DNA of 64,000 bases. Source: Octopus sinensis. Lineage: Eukaryota. Positions 1-12,728 of this stretch are shown piece by piece; position 1 is the stretch's first letter, and every line of letters starts with the position of its first letter. Location: NCBI RefSeq assembly GCF_006345805.1, contig NC_043008.1, positions 47,058,001 to 47,122,000 of the forward strand, written 5' to 3'. Both the position numbers and the translations under genes were made by a program. The notes under the pieces were generated by a model. It ran no database searches and was not told the DNA's origin. It worked only from the letters and a program-made list of their open reading frames with translations.

Positions 1-297
1 TGTGTGTCTGTATATATGAATTTACTCGAAAATAATAGTCAAATATTTATGGAAATGTTAGAAAGAAATGAGTGTAGTTCTTCACTGTCATTTCTTATTG
101 TTATAGAAATAACAGCTTAAATCTACTGGGCGTTTTTTAACGTCTCTTTTGGATATTCGCCGCCTGTCATTTAAAATAGATGTATGTTGCAGTACCTTTC
201 GTTATTTGCTGAGCTTTGAACTCGTGTTGCATTTGTATGAAGTGAATATTGTATAGATGAAGTATTATCTATCCCATTTTCTATAACTATATCTGCC

Positions 298-375
298 TAT
301 AGACAGACAGACAGACAGGTGGATAGATAGATAGATAGATAGATAGATATAGATAGATAGATAGATAGACAGATG

Positions 376-451
<76 letters not shown>

Positions 452-503
452 GATAGATAGATAGATAAATAGATAGACAGATGGATAGATAGATAGATAG
501 ATA
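298..503. repeat. (GACA)n/(GATA)n microsatellite at the 3' junction of the Tx1-like LINE
   Basis: Direct reading: agacagacag followed by a long atag run; explains the spurious 'SIYL' ORFs. Confidence 0.97.
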
Positions 504-596
504 ACTTTTTATTGTAGCCACACAGGGCTAAACACAGAATAAAAATAGACGAATACAATGTAGAATTTTTTCTTTTCGAGGTGGGATGGGTGGGGC

Positions 597-628
<32 letters not shown>

Positions 629-806
629 GATCAATAGGGATCTGTGGGTTGTGTGGTGTATAAAAAAGCAATATGTATATATATATAAGGTTCACAGTTT
701 AGGTGTAGCCTTGGAAAGAAAAACCTACAAAAAGACCAAGGTCACCTCAGACAGTTCGAAAAAGAACACATGAGTAAGTCGCCTCAGTTCTCGTTGTCTC
801 TTTTGG

Positions 807-3800
807 TTACAGATTTATGCTTAAAATAGTGTCGTCTTTCATACTGACCATTTTTGCCACTTTTACCCACTTTTTATTAAAACATTCGTTCGACAAAGCC
901 TTCCTCTCTATTCTCATCCTCCTTTTCAAGTGGTACTTGAAAAAGTTGACGAGAGACTGACCAGAGAGGAAGGTGTTTGTTTGCAGTCCTTTCAAACGCG
1001 TCCACCACACACATTCTTTCGCCATAGCCATCAGCGTAACGAAAACCGTTTTCCCTTCCCGTTTAAAGGAAGGTGGTGGAACAATATTCATGATAGACTC
1101 GGCCGATAGGCGAGCCTGACCTACACGTGACAACAGCTGTTCGACGAAGGACCACAGCTCTGAAATATCTGGACACTGCACGAGTGCGTGCAGAACGGTT
1201 TCGTCGCTCTGACCGCATCTCGGGCAGGTCGTCCGGTCCGTGTGATGGTTTTCGAACCGTGTCTGTAGCTCTTCTCTCGAACAGGTTAGTGCGTCTCGAT
1301 AGCACTGCCAAGCCAGGGATTTCTGGAAGTTATCCATAGGCCCCGGCCCGAACGTCGTCCTGAACAGGCGGGTTAGGAATTCCTCGTCGACGCCCAGGTT
1401 TGCCCCGAGTGTGTCGTCGGACCTCCCTCCACTAGTCCTCTATAGAACGCTTTAGTCGTTTGGAAGTTGCACAAGTTTGACCCCGGTCGGCAGAGCTGCT
1501 GTAGAGCTTGGCGACACTCTCGGTGCCAATCGCCCAGTTTCGGTCTCTTTTTGATCCACGTTTGCAGTTCGGTCAGTGAGACGAGCTGCGGGAAGTCGCG
1601 CCTCACAAACGGCGCCACACCTGTTCACCGTCGTCGATGAATTTCCAGAGATGTCGCAGTCTCAGCGCATGCCTGCGCATCATCAACCACGGCATGCCCA
1701 GTCCTCCATTCAACGGATGTTGACAGCAAATGGACTTCCTCACCATCGGAACGCCACCCTTCCACAGGAAGCGGAAGAGTATGCGTTCCAGTTTGGTGAT
1801 GGTGGCGTCGGGACAAGGTACGACGGTCAGGCGGTAATCGATGACGGATGCGATGTACGCGTTCGCCACCTCCGCCCGGCCTTTTAGAGACAGCTTTCTC
1901 TCGGCCCATGTTTGGCTGAGAGCGACCACTCTACTCGTGATCTCGTCCCAGTTCTTATCCATTTGGAGGTCCGGACTGAACCAGACCCCGAGCAATTTAA
2001 CCGGTCCGTCCGTCCAGCGTCCCACTACTGAGCCGCAGTCGGACGGCATGGGCTTGCTTCTCCAGGTGCCGAGTAGCAAACCCACTGACTTTTCCGGGTT
2101 AATCTTTGCTCCCGTCACCGTTTCATATTTTCTTAGTGTCTCGCCGACCAGCTCGATGTGCTGGTAGCTCGACACTATGACGGTGACATCGTCCGCATAT
2201 GCCGACACGCTCGTCCGCAACCCAGTTCCCGTGGGATGCCCCTCAGTGTCGCCAGCTTCCGCAGTAGCGGCTCGAGAGTCAATACATACAGAAGCGCCGA
2301 CAGGGGACACCCCTGACGGACCGAACGCGTGATGTCAAACGGTTTAGACAGGTGACCGTTTACCCGAATCACCGATCGGATGCCGCTATACAAGGCAGCG
2401 ATCCAACCGCGGAAGACGGGACCGAAGCCAGCCGCCCTGAGGACGGCCGCCAAGTACCGATGGTCGACCCTATCGAAGGCTTTAGACTGATCCAAATTTA
2501 TCAGCGCCCCACCCATGCCAGGATCCTTAACTACCCTGTCCACAATGTAGCGCATCAGATGGAGGTTGTCATGTATGGTTCTGCCCGGCACGGCGCATGT
2601 TTGCGCCCTGTCGACCAGTTTACCAATGACAAGCGCCAACCTCTCGGCTATTACTTTGGCCAAAATTTTCAAATCTGCGTTGAGCAGAGTGATGGGCCTG
2701 AAATTATCTATAAAATTCCCCTTGTTTGAGTCTTTCTTCAGCAACGTCACTGCACCTCGGCTCACGAAACCGGGGATTCTCCCGTTTTGTTGCCAGTTGC
2801 AGTAGACTGATGCCAAGAGTCGCCAAACAAGTCTGGCATTCGACAATACAGCTCGTAGGGTAAACCATCCAATCCAGGCGACTTATCCCTCGCGCAGCCC
2901 GCCATCGCATCCCACACGTCAGCGGCTGTGATGGGACTTTCACAACACTCCGCCTCTCTTGCCGAGAGCCGCGGCAGGTCGGTCAGGTAGGCACTGAAAT
3001 CCATCCCTCGTTCCGACCCACCACTCGCACCAAACAGTCGAGCAAAGTGCTGTTGAAAGGCCTCACACATCCTTTCGGGTTCGAGTAAACTGCATCCCTG
3101 TTGATCTATTAGAGACCGAATGGTTGATCTGTTGCCACGCTGCGCCTCCGCTACCCGGGCCTCTCGCGCAGCTTCAATCCCTTCGTTCCTTAAGGCACGC
3201 ATTTTAGCTCTGAGACGCAACCTTCGTGCTTGGCGTTGAGGTGTTGGTCGAGGGCCATCCTCGCAGCTAGCACGTTGGTTGCGCTGCCAGTGGTAAGTGC
3301 CTCTTCTAGTTTCTTAACTAAGTCTCCCTCTACTCTATTTCGTTCTATCGCTAATTCCTTGCTAAACCTAATTGATTCCGATTTTATTGCCATTTTCAGG
3401 GCGTACCACCAGCGGTTGTTAACGACCGCTCCCGTCAGCGCCCTCTTAATTAACTCGCTAATCCGGTTCCTGTAAACCTGTCGCGCTAACAGCGACGTGT
3501 TCAGTTTCCAGTAACCGGGACCCTGCCTATGTGTTTTATCTAAGTCGAGCGTACACGTAACAAATTTGTGATCTGTGTAGCTGACTATTTTAAATTGTGG
3601 ACATCCTACACTATCCCTATCCGCTGTCCTGCATAGAATTCTATCTAGATAAGATCTCGACGATCCGACGCGGTTTGTCCAAGTCCACATTGGCACGTTC
3701 GGATGGTCGAGTCGGAACCTGTCAGACAAATGGAAACGTCTGAGCAGGTCTTTGAGGCTCTTACACCCCCTTCTATTCCTATCCCTTCCCACATAATCTA

Positions 3801-4256
3801 GATGCGTGTCCAAGGTAGCGTTCCAATCCCCTACTAACAGTAAAGGTCTAGACGTACCCAGGAAAACCTCTAGACGTCTGAAGAAATCCGCCCGACCCGT
3901 TAAGGACGGTGCATAAACTGCCATCAGACGGAATGCACACCCATTTCTGCCATCCACGTCCAAGACAACCAGCCTACCCTCCGGGTTAGGAATATTGCTC
4001 TTACTTTTACCTTTAGACTCTTTCGAAAAAGGACCGCAGTACCTCCACCACCCATGTTCGGCAGACAGGGAGAAAAATAAATGTCAAATTGATTGCCAAA
4101 CATGGACTCGAGGGCCCGCGGCTTACTGAGTCTGGTTTCACTGATAGCTACTATATCCACGTCCAGTGACTTGATGTCGTTTAGAAGGTAACCTTGCTTC
4201 CAAGCCGACGCCAAGCCACGCGCATTCACACAACCTAATTTAAGCATACTTGACAT
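807..4256 (-). pseudogene. ORF2: AP endonuclease + reverse transcriptase + C-terminal zinc-binding motif, split into 7 segments by about 6 frameshifts
   Basis: APE motifs LGCVNARGL, IVAISET, LVGDWNATLD, SYLDRIL, YTDHKFV. RT motifs KSPGLDGLPYELY, NFRPITLLNADLKILAK, LDQSKAFDRVDH, VRQGCPLSALLYVL, AYADDV, KLLGVWF, GGLGMP. C-terminal CPRCGQSDETVLHALVQC. Confidence 0.95.
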
Positions 4257-4323
4257 TTACGAAAATTGTGTTTTACACACTATATTAGAAGAGACAAGAG
4301 GCAAGAAGTGAGGTCACTTACTC

Positions 4324-6192
4324 TCATTTTAAAAGTTTCATTTTTTTCTTCTTCTTCTTTTGTATCGTTTTTGATGATGGGTGTTTGTATAGTTTTTTCG
4401 ACAGGTATCGTTGATACCCGCCTACCGCATTCGGAAATAATGTTTTAAGTATGTGGTGTTGTGCTTGTGTTATGTGTAAAATTCTGATGTGTTTCGGTGG
4501 TGTGGTGTGCGGATGATTGTTTGTCTTAAAATCATCTTCACAGACGACCATGTTAGATTTGATGTAGTCCATTAATTCTTATTGTCTGTGTCTATTGCAG
4601 TTAGTTGTGTGTGTGGTTTTACGGGTTCATTACTTTTTTGATTGTCTAGGGGGATGTTGTCCTGAGTTAGATATCTCCTGCTTTAATTCCTTGTTTGGTG
4701 GATTTTTTGGATTTTTTTTTTACCCCTTGTGGCTATTTGCCATTCCGTCGAACTTTCTTCGTCCGACGTATCAGTATGGGGTAGAGGAAAAAGAACAGGA
4801 TCACTATGTATGCTTGTATAAATTGTTGATGTTTTGTGCGGTGGTTGTGTTGTTGTGGTGTTAGGGGTAGCATTTGTCTTCTCGTCAGTGTTTTCTGTCT
4901 TTTAATTGTCGTCCTGGGTGTGGGCGTGGGTCGATTTTTTGTTAATTCAACAGGTTTAATTGGTTGTGAAGTCAACGGTGATTGTGTTGGTACTGTTTTT
5001 TCTTGGTGATGTTGTTGGGGTTTGTTGCTGGTTTGTTGTTTTTCTTGGCGTTGTTCCATAATTGAGTGTGTTGGTGTTGGTGTTGGCAACAAAGGGATTT
5101 TATTTGTTTTCTGAATTGTTCTTTCTTGTTTTTCTGTACCAGATCGCACTTGGCAATCAAATGTTCGGGGCTGCCACATTTGTAGCATCTAGGCTTTTTG
5201 CCTTCTGCCATAACATATAGGCATTGCCCATTCTCCAAGTATATCTTGTCGGGTAGGCTCTCGATAGAGGCCCCCTCAATCTGGATGGTCACTACTACTG
5301 TTTTCCACCCAATTGTCGTTTAGGTACACGGCTGTTTCTAGAATATTGATCTTTTTCAAGTGGTAACAGATTGCCCTGTTATCCATTTGTTCGGCATATC
5401 GGGGGGTACATTTCTGATAGTAATTCTACTCACCCTCTGGTTTTATAATAAGGGACCATGATGATTTCATCATTTCCCAGAGACTCAGTAGAGTGAGCTT
5501 TTGCCACTTCCTGGTTAGGGAAGCGGACCACTACTGTGTTAAACTGGGGACCCCAGTTTATATACTCTTTTTCTTTCATTATGTTTTTTAAACATTTCTC
5601 CACATCAGTTTTTGTAATCTGTTCATTTGGTTTTTTGTTTTTTCTAATAATTTTATATACAATTGTCTTATTTTCAATTTCTTTTTATATGTTGAGGTGT
5701 ATGCAGGACTAAATCTTGTCCACGGGTTGTAAAGAGAGCTCTTGTTTCTATGAGCTCTTCATTTGTGAATGTAACAATCTCCTTTTTCTGGCGAAGAATA
5801 TCTGCGAAATTTACTGTGGTTGACTTTTTTGTATTAGCATCTTCACTATTAGATAGTTCATTTTTATTGTTGTTCTTGTTGTTGCTGTTGTTTTTGTCAA
5901 TAGTTTTCGTTTCAGTTTTATTTTTATCATTTATGTTGGTCGTGGTAGTGTGGTGGTGGTGGTGGTGGTGGTGGTGTTGGTAGCAGTTGTTGTCTGTGGT
6001 TGCTGTTGTTAGTGGTGGTGGTGGCGGTGGTGACAGGGCTGTTAACGCACGTGGTTGCAGCGTTCATCTCACCGAATTTCACGTTGGCATTTTCCGTGCG
6101 AACGTTCTTTTTTTTCTCTGTCGTTTCCAGACTAGGAAAATGTTGTCCAAAAAAGAACGCGACCAGCGTTCAACAATAAAATTTCTAGACAT
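4324..6192 (-). pseudogene. ORF1: gag-like nucleic-acid-binding protein with CCHC zinc knuckle, multiply frameshifted
   Basis: CYKCGSPEHLIAKC (CX2CX4HX4C) in ORF 4972..5292, with Thr/Asn/Gln-rich low-complexity linkers. The start is uncertain (ATG at 6067, or at 6192 via a homopolymer frameshift). Confidence 0.8.
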
Positions 6193-6391
6193 TTTCTAAT
6201 GTCGAGAAGAAAATAATAGAAATGAAATGGGGTCGAAACTGCCCCTAGGGGCGAATTCCTCCTTGGAAAAGCACTCAAATGAAAGTTGGTTGCCTTACAC
6301 ACCTTATTTGCAAAATTCCACACAAAAATTGGCCTATAAATAGTCAAAATAAATGATTACCTTCGGAGCTGAAACGACATCACATCCGTCA

Positions 6392-6459
<68 letters not shown>

Positions 6460-6460
6460 G

Positions 6461-6498
<38 letters not shown>

Positions 6499-6597
6499 GT
6501 AAATAGATAGATAGATAGATAGATAGATAGGTAAATAGATAGATAGATAGATAGATAGATAGAGAAGATAGATAGATAGATAGATAGATAGACATGG

Positions 6598-6654
<57 letters not shown>

Positions 6655-6677
6655 TAGTAGATAGATAGATAGATAAG
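6392..6677. repeat. (GATA)n microsatellite at the 5' junction of the Tx1-like LINE
   Basis: Direct reading of about 70 atag units with a few interruptions. Confidence 0.97.
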
Positions 6678-7291
6678 TATTGACGTGTGCCACTCTTTCT
6701 GTGTCTTATATACATGCATCATTTTCTGGGGCAAAGAATTATCACAAGACGCATTAGTTAGAGATGTTTGTCAATTGAAACCATGCGTCTCACCTCATCA
6801 TTAGAGCATTTTGTAAGTTTGTCCATACTGTTTGTACCAGTCGCCAACCCTCGTTTCCTGTGAATTACTATTTGCAAATTACGTTATTACTCGACGAACC
6901 TAGTTTTTCATGTATTTTCTACAATTTAAAGGATATGTAAACAAATTATTCCAGATAAATATGTTCTCTGTACAAAACAGTTTCTTTGTAATTCTCGACA
7001 TTTGAAATCACTTCTCATACTTGCCTTCATTTCGTTATCTCTAATGAAAACCCATAGATATGTCATGCTATCAAATATTATTCGATGAAGCACAATGCTT
7101 AATACGTTTCTTCAGTCACAAATGTAATTGAATTACTCCACTGAAGAACTTAACGCGTGGGTGTTTGATACTGAATAAGGGAAGAACGACCGAGGATGTC
7201 CTTTTCGAAAAGAATCATGGTATTGTAAAAGACAAACACTAACTCGTACATTTCAGTGCATGTGTGTGTGTTCGTGTGCACACACACACAC

Positions 7292-7355
<64 letters not shown>

Positions 7356-9499
7356 AATGTGTGCGATAGTATGAACTGCGTTGTGGCTATTTTTAAGCGA
7401 ACGTATGACTGATTGTATTTCCATTGTATCTAAGCAGGTTGACTCCGATTTTCACCTCTCAATTCTCGGATAAGTTTTAAAGGAAGAATGAAATTGTTAT
7501 TGAGAATATTCAATATATTATAAAACAAAATAATTATACTTATTTTGCTTTGATCGATTTTAGCATAAAACGTGAACTATCATGTGATAATGTTCAACAC
7601 ATGTGAATAGGCCTGTGGAGGTGACTGCGATAGGAACTGAAAGATATTCATTAAAATGGATGCTATGCTTTTTTGTTACAAATATTAAAACATAAAGAGG
7701 AAAATATAATACTAACAGCAACAGGTCTAGTAGTGACACTATAGAATATGCTGATATATAGAGATACGAAGAAAGCAGCACATATACTTTTGTAAGCTGT
7801 CTAATTTTGACTCTTGCATTTACCCCAGTGTGCACATTTATATGCCTATGTGTGTGTGTATGCGTGTAAAATTATGTTTGCTTGCATGTATGGCAGTATA
7901 TATATGTATGAATATATATTCAGTCATTTAGACGCTGCTGTGTTGTTTTGGAAAATATAATAAGAATAACATTTAAAGTAATACAAAAATGTGACACGGG
8001 GGGCAGGATATATATCACCTTTGTTCACAGCAAACAATGCACATCTGTACATTTGTGTGTTTGCTTAAGTGCACGTTTTGTGAGACTGCATCTTGTTGCG
8101 TGTGTGTGCATCGAATATACGTGTGTTTGCGTAAGTGTAAAAAAAAATTAATCTTTGTTCTAGTTATAAAGTAAATGGCTATCTTTGGTTCTATGTAATG
8201 TAGCAAACTCTAGAGGAAAGTGTGAATGCCGTGTGTTGCCTCCTTATAAGCTGCCTCATCATCTCTCTTCCCCGATGTCGCTAATGTGAAATGTAAGAGA
8301 AAGAAAAACTGTAAGATTATGAGGAATAAATAACTGAAGAATGATGAAGTAGAAAAACCTTTGTAATCTTAAATGTCTTCAAGTAATATGACGCTTCAGT
8401 TGTCACATATATTATACAGATTGGAAGTCGCCTCCTGCAACGCAAGAAAATAGCGAAAGAAAAAACTATTGCGACTGAGAAAGAGAAAGTGAAGGGAGCA
8501 AATGAATAAAAAAGGTCAGAAAGATAAAAAGGAAGACGACCAACAAACGAATTATGAGATTGATAATAAAAAGATTACATAGAAAAAGAAGAAGGAAAAA
8601 AAAACAGAAATACGACATAAAAGCAGAGATAAGAAATGAATCGAATGAAAGACAGAAAGAGCAAGAAGAGGAAGAAAGGATAGTGAGGAGAAAGAGGAAA
8701 GAGGAAAGAGTATTGTTGAAGTGAAATTTCTAACAGTATTATTGTTGGTTCGGTGGATTTATACTTAACGGAAACTCCATAATAGGTTGAGGAATTTAAA
8801 ATTCAATGCGATTTCCAGTCGTTGCTTGTTTTGCTTCTTTCTCACTTTCTCTTTCTTGTCGTAAGTCTTTTGCTTTTCCAGTAATTATAAATTTATAAAA
8901 GAATCTTACGAATGTCGTTGACATTTTATTCAATGTCTCTCACTTCCCGTCACTGAGAAACTAAACGTATGTTTAGAACTTTTTCATATCAAGCCATTAT
9001 TTATGTGCAATGAATCAAATGTTTTCTTATTTTATTTTCCGTTCTTTTGAATATTCTTCTAAGGATTTCCTGTTTCTATCTTCAAATTTTGTCTGAAAAT
9101 TGGAAATATAAAATACAAAATATATACATACATATTCACACACATACACATGCACACACGCATATTATATTATATTATGTTATATTGTATTATATTATAT
9201 TATATTATGTTATATTGTATTATATCACATTGTGCATTCGTAATATTAAACTAAATATTTGTATGATAATAGTTTTCAAGGATAAGAAGTTCAGTGCCAC
9301 AGAAGTAAAACAACTGGTTTTAAATTCTATTTTGATATCTCATAACTATTTTCCCGCGTCAGCAAAACAAAGGCAGAAACATGTTTATATTTCAAAGTAA
9401 TTAATCAGTAATTTTTGAAACACTATAATTGCAGAGGAGAATGAGCGACACCTGTTGAGTGGTTGTCTTCGTTCAGTCATACATAGTAAAACAGTTTGG

Positions 9500-9692
9500 T
9501 TAACGCACCAGACAAATGGCTTAGCGGCATTTCGCCTGCTTTTATGCTCTGTGTTCAAATTCCGCCCAGGTCGACTTCGCCTTTCATCCCCTCCGGGGTC
9601 GATCAAATAAGTAGCAGTTAATTACAGGAAGCGGCGTAATCAACTTAATTCATTCCTCGAATTTTCTGGCCTTGTGCCAAAATTTGAAATCA
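9500..9692 (+). mobile_element. SINE family A copy (degraded)
   Basis: Shares the motifs ttagcggcatttcg / gttcaaattccgcc..ggtcgac..gcctttcatcc / ggccttgtgccaaaatttgaaa with copies at 23.5, 35.1, 43.6, 48.1, 51.3, 57.9 and 62.9 kb. Confidence 0.85.
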
Positions 9693-10387
9693 ATGAAGAT
9701 TAGGTTTGTTATTGAATGTCATGTTTTAAGGCGGATGGGGGCGCTTCTTTCTCCAACTTCCTCGGCGAATTTCTAACGAAGTAGGCATTTATGTAAATGT
9801 GCAGTTAATGAATATGTGCAGCTTGCAAATAGCGCAACCGATTTAGTTGCATTTATTACTGTTTAAATGCTATGCAAGGAGAGCCGTAAAAATAGATTGA
9901 TCTTCTCGATTGAATATGTTGTTACAGTTCAGGTATACTCGCTGGACGTGAGTTGACCATCAGACAGCTTTTGCCTCATTAAAGGTACAGTAGGTGTTAG
10001 TCTTCTACTTAAACCCTAACCACATAGAGACTGAAGACTTGTAATAATGTTTCTAACACCAAAGTCTTGAATTCTTAAATAGCATGTTGATAAGGGAGGA
10101 TCGTTTTCGCCTTGCATTATCTCACTACTGAGTAGGAAGAAGTAAGAAGTTCCCTGAGTATTCATTGTCTATTAGAATCCTTCGAAACATCCCAGTATTG
10201 GCGGTGCTATTCCTTTTCACATTCGCTTTTGGCTACATAGAATCCATGTATTGAATTCCAGAAACATCTTCAGCTAGAACAGGTTGTAAGAGAGACGCAA
10301 TGATCAATCTAACAAGAGCGTGACAGGTTGGATTCTAATAGAAAAGAATGGCATTCGGTTCAGTATGCAAATTTTACTAAGTGTGTG

Positions 10388-10441
<54 letters not shown>

Positions 10442-10639
10442 CATGTATGTATGTACGCCTCTTCTGTATTTAATCATTTAAATTCTTCCTCTGTAGAAGG
10501 AGCTGGTTTCTAACAAATAAACAAAACCCCGACATTGGAATGTTAGTAACGAAAATAATTTCACATTTTAAACTTTAGAAAAGTCTTGCATAGTTTTACT
10601 GTTCCCATTACAGATTGTATTTGTAATATGCGAATCAGT

Positions 10640-11200
10640 TGGTTGATTACTTTTTCTGAAAATCCAAGCTTGTCCAGACTGACAATTAGGCATTTACTAC
10701 AAAACTAAATTCTCCAATTGTTATTAGTAAACATGTAAATTTGTAATCCGGGTATAGAAGCTGGAGGTCGAAGCAGTCGTCCATAGTTTCTTTTTTTATC
10801 TTTGATTTTCAAAGTGATACTAACATCAACAGGACAGCTGACCACTATGACGCTACATACTTTCCCTTGTCCAAGAGAGGCTTCGCTTCTTGCCACTGTT
10901 AACATCTTCTTTGAGTCTACGAGAAACATACTCATGCATGGTCTTTTTTTATGATGAGCAATTCACTTCCAGGTTAGTCCAGCTAATTTGAGGTTGTACG
11001 GGAGGTCATCGGGAACAGAGTACTTCCTGAGGAGCTCACGTTCAATGCGTAGGATATTGTTTTCTTCACCTTTCAGCACAAAGTCAATATATTTATTTTG
11101 CTTCTGCTGCCTTGCAAATACTGACTGAGACAGATGATGTGAAATTCCAAGGCTGTCTGCTCTAATCTTATTCCCCAACCTCCTCTATCTCTTCTTAGGT
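10640..11200 (-). mobile_element. Degraded C-terminal part of an R4/Dong-like (restriction-like endonuclease) LINE
   Basis: Broken minus-strand frames read KPMHEYVSRRL..KRSLSWT and CPVDVSITLKIKDKKRNYGRL..SLDKLGF, resembling the D..KE.EK..KY REL region. Assigned from motif memory only. Confidence 0.45.
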
Positions 11201-12557
11201 AGCGCCTGTTGATATCACTATTTTTGCGGACGTTTCCAGAAGGAACGGAATTTAGCCAGAAGAAAGGTTCTTATTCAATTGTTAAACGCCGAAGAATCAG
11301 TCTCCCGGGCACCAAACCTGTGATGCTTGACAGGTCCGCCCGTCTTTACGTAAATAACTGACATTATATTTGATTGGTGAGCGTTCCCATCGTCCAGACA
11401 TGCGTAACCATAACGTACTTCCCATGCAGATTCAGAGTGACACGGAATATAACAAAGCTGGCCTTGAAAACACAGGTGCTATTCGTTACTGTCAGGTGAG
11501 TAGATTGAAGCAACGTACAACAAAGTGCTTTTGTCGAGGACACAACCCGTTGCCAGATATCGAACGAAGACCTGATCATCGTCAGCTGTATACACTAGAC
11601 ACTAAGACCCGGGTCTTCATTGTGCGTGTATGTTATACATACATACATACATGCATATATATATATTGAACTGGCCATGATGCATACGTGAATATATATG
11701 TAGGTATACTTTCGTATATGTAAGAATTCGTATGTTGTATTTATATCTTTATGTATTTATGTTTATCTTCTGTGTGTATTCTACTGACGAGGCAAAGCAT
11801 TCCTAAGTGCAAAGTCAGAAATCCGGATCTAGAATTATCCAGTATTTTTTTTACTAGTTTCATCTTGTCTTTTAGTTTTTTCTCCGTGTTGATATGTGAA
11901 CAATTTAGGCGGTTTTAAAGTCAGATCATGGCTGCTACTTTCAGCATGGTGGTATCTCGTAGATACCCGAATTTATACTTTTAATATATATAGTATGCGG
12001 CAAAGTAATTTATTTTACTAAGCCATTTTATATAATGTAATAATTTGAATATATATATATATATATATAATATATATATATATATATACATATATATATA
12101 CATATATATATATAGTCATCACACGGTGATCACATGTAAGTTTTAAGCTTATGAAATCGTAATTTATATATATATATATGTATATTTATATGTATGCGTT
12201 TGTGTGTATCTAGAGAGCAAGAAAGAGTCAGAGAAATATATACACACTGACACACACATTATCAGTCGCTTGTAATATGTGACTATACTCTGGTAGCCTG
12301 CACCATGCGTTCAGTAGTTATTGTTGGCAACTAATTAACCTTAATTAATCTTTAAACTTAGAAGCAGAAATACAACACCCACCCGACCCACTCGCATACA
12401 CTGTAACTTGTGGAACATGAAGAATTTGTCATGTGGAAGGAGAGAAGGCCGCACCAGAAATTGGATGATGCTGATTATAAGGTAAATAGTCTGAAGGCTG
12501 CACATATGCATGAAAATCGTCCATATACAGGGATTCGACAAAATAATGGAAACACCT

Positions 12558-12720
12558 ATGCTGATGTATTTACCTCCCCGTAACTTAGCGATTCAGCATA
12601 AGAGCCCGATAGAATAAGTACTAGGCTTACAAAGAATAAGTCCTGGGGTTATTTGATCGATTAAAGGCAGCACTCCAGCATTGCCGCAGTCAAATGATTG
12701 AAACAAATAAAAGGATATAA
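12558..12720 (+). mobile_element. 3' part of SINE family B (second copy at ~14015-14177)
   Basis: Matches the 3' half of the full copies at 43814 and 46247 (ccccgtaacttagcg..gatagaataagtactaggcttacaaagaataag..ccagcat.gccgcagtcaaatga.tgaaacaa). Confidence 0.88.
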
Positions 12721-12728
12721 TATATATA

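Larger units (their letters stand above)
504..6391 (-). mobile_element. Near full-length non-LTR retrotransposon, L1/Tx1 clade (5'UTR, ORF1, ORF2, 3'UTR)
   Basis: Gag-like ORF1 with a CCHC knuckle, then APE endonuclease, RT and a C-terminal Cys/His motif. On the minus strand the 3' end reads ...CTACAATAAAAAGT then (TATC)n, and the 5' end abuts another (TATC)n tract. Confidence 0.93.

Noticed and set aside
265-558. SIYL, HT, CV and YI low-complexity ORFs here and throughout the window
   Set aside because: They are artefacts of (GATA)n, (CA)n and (TA)n microsatellites.
1063-3475. Antisense and alternative-frame ORFs inside the LINE
   Set aside because: They are shadows of GC-rich ORF2 with no recognisable motifs.
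7560-7835. Hydrophobic ORF resembling a membrane-protein segment
   Set aside because: No family motif or good splice donor; T-rich DNA readily yields hydrophobic ORFs.
9928-9953. 15-20 nt microexon (cag|GTATACTCGCTGGAC|gtgagt)
   Set aside because: The polypyrimidine tract is poor and such short matches are expected by chance in 64 kb.
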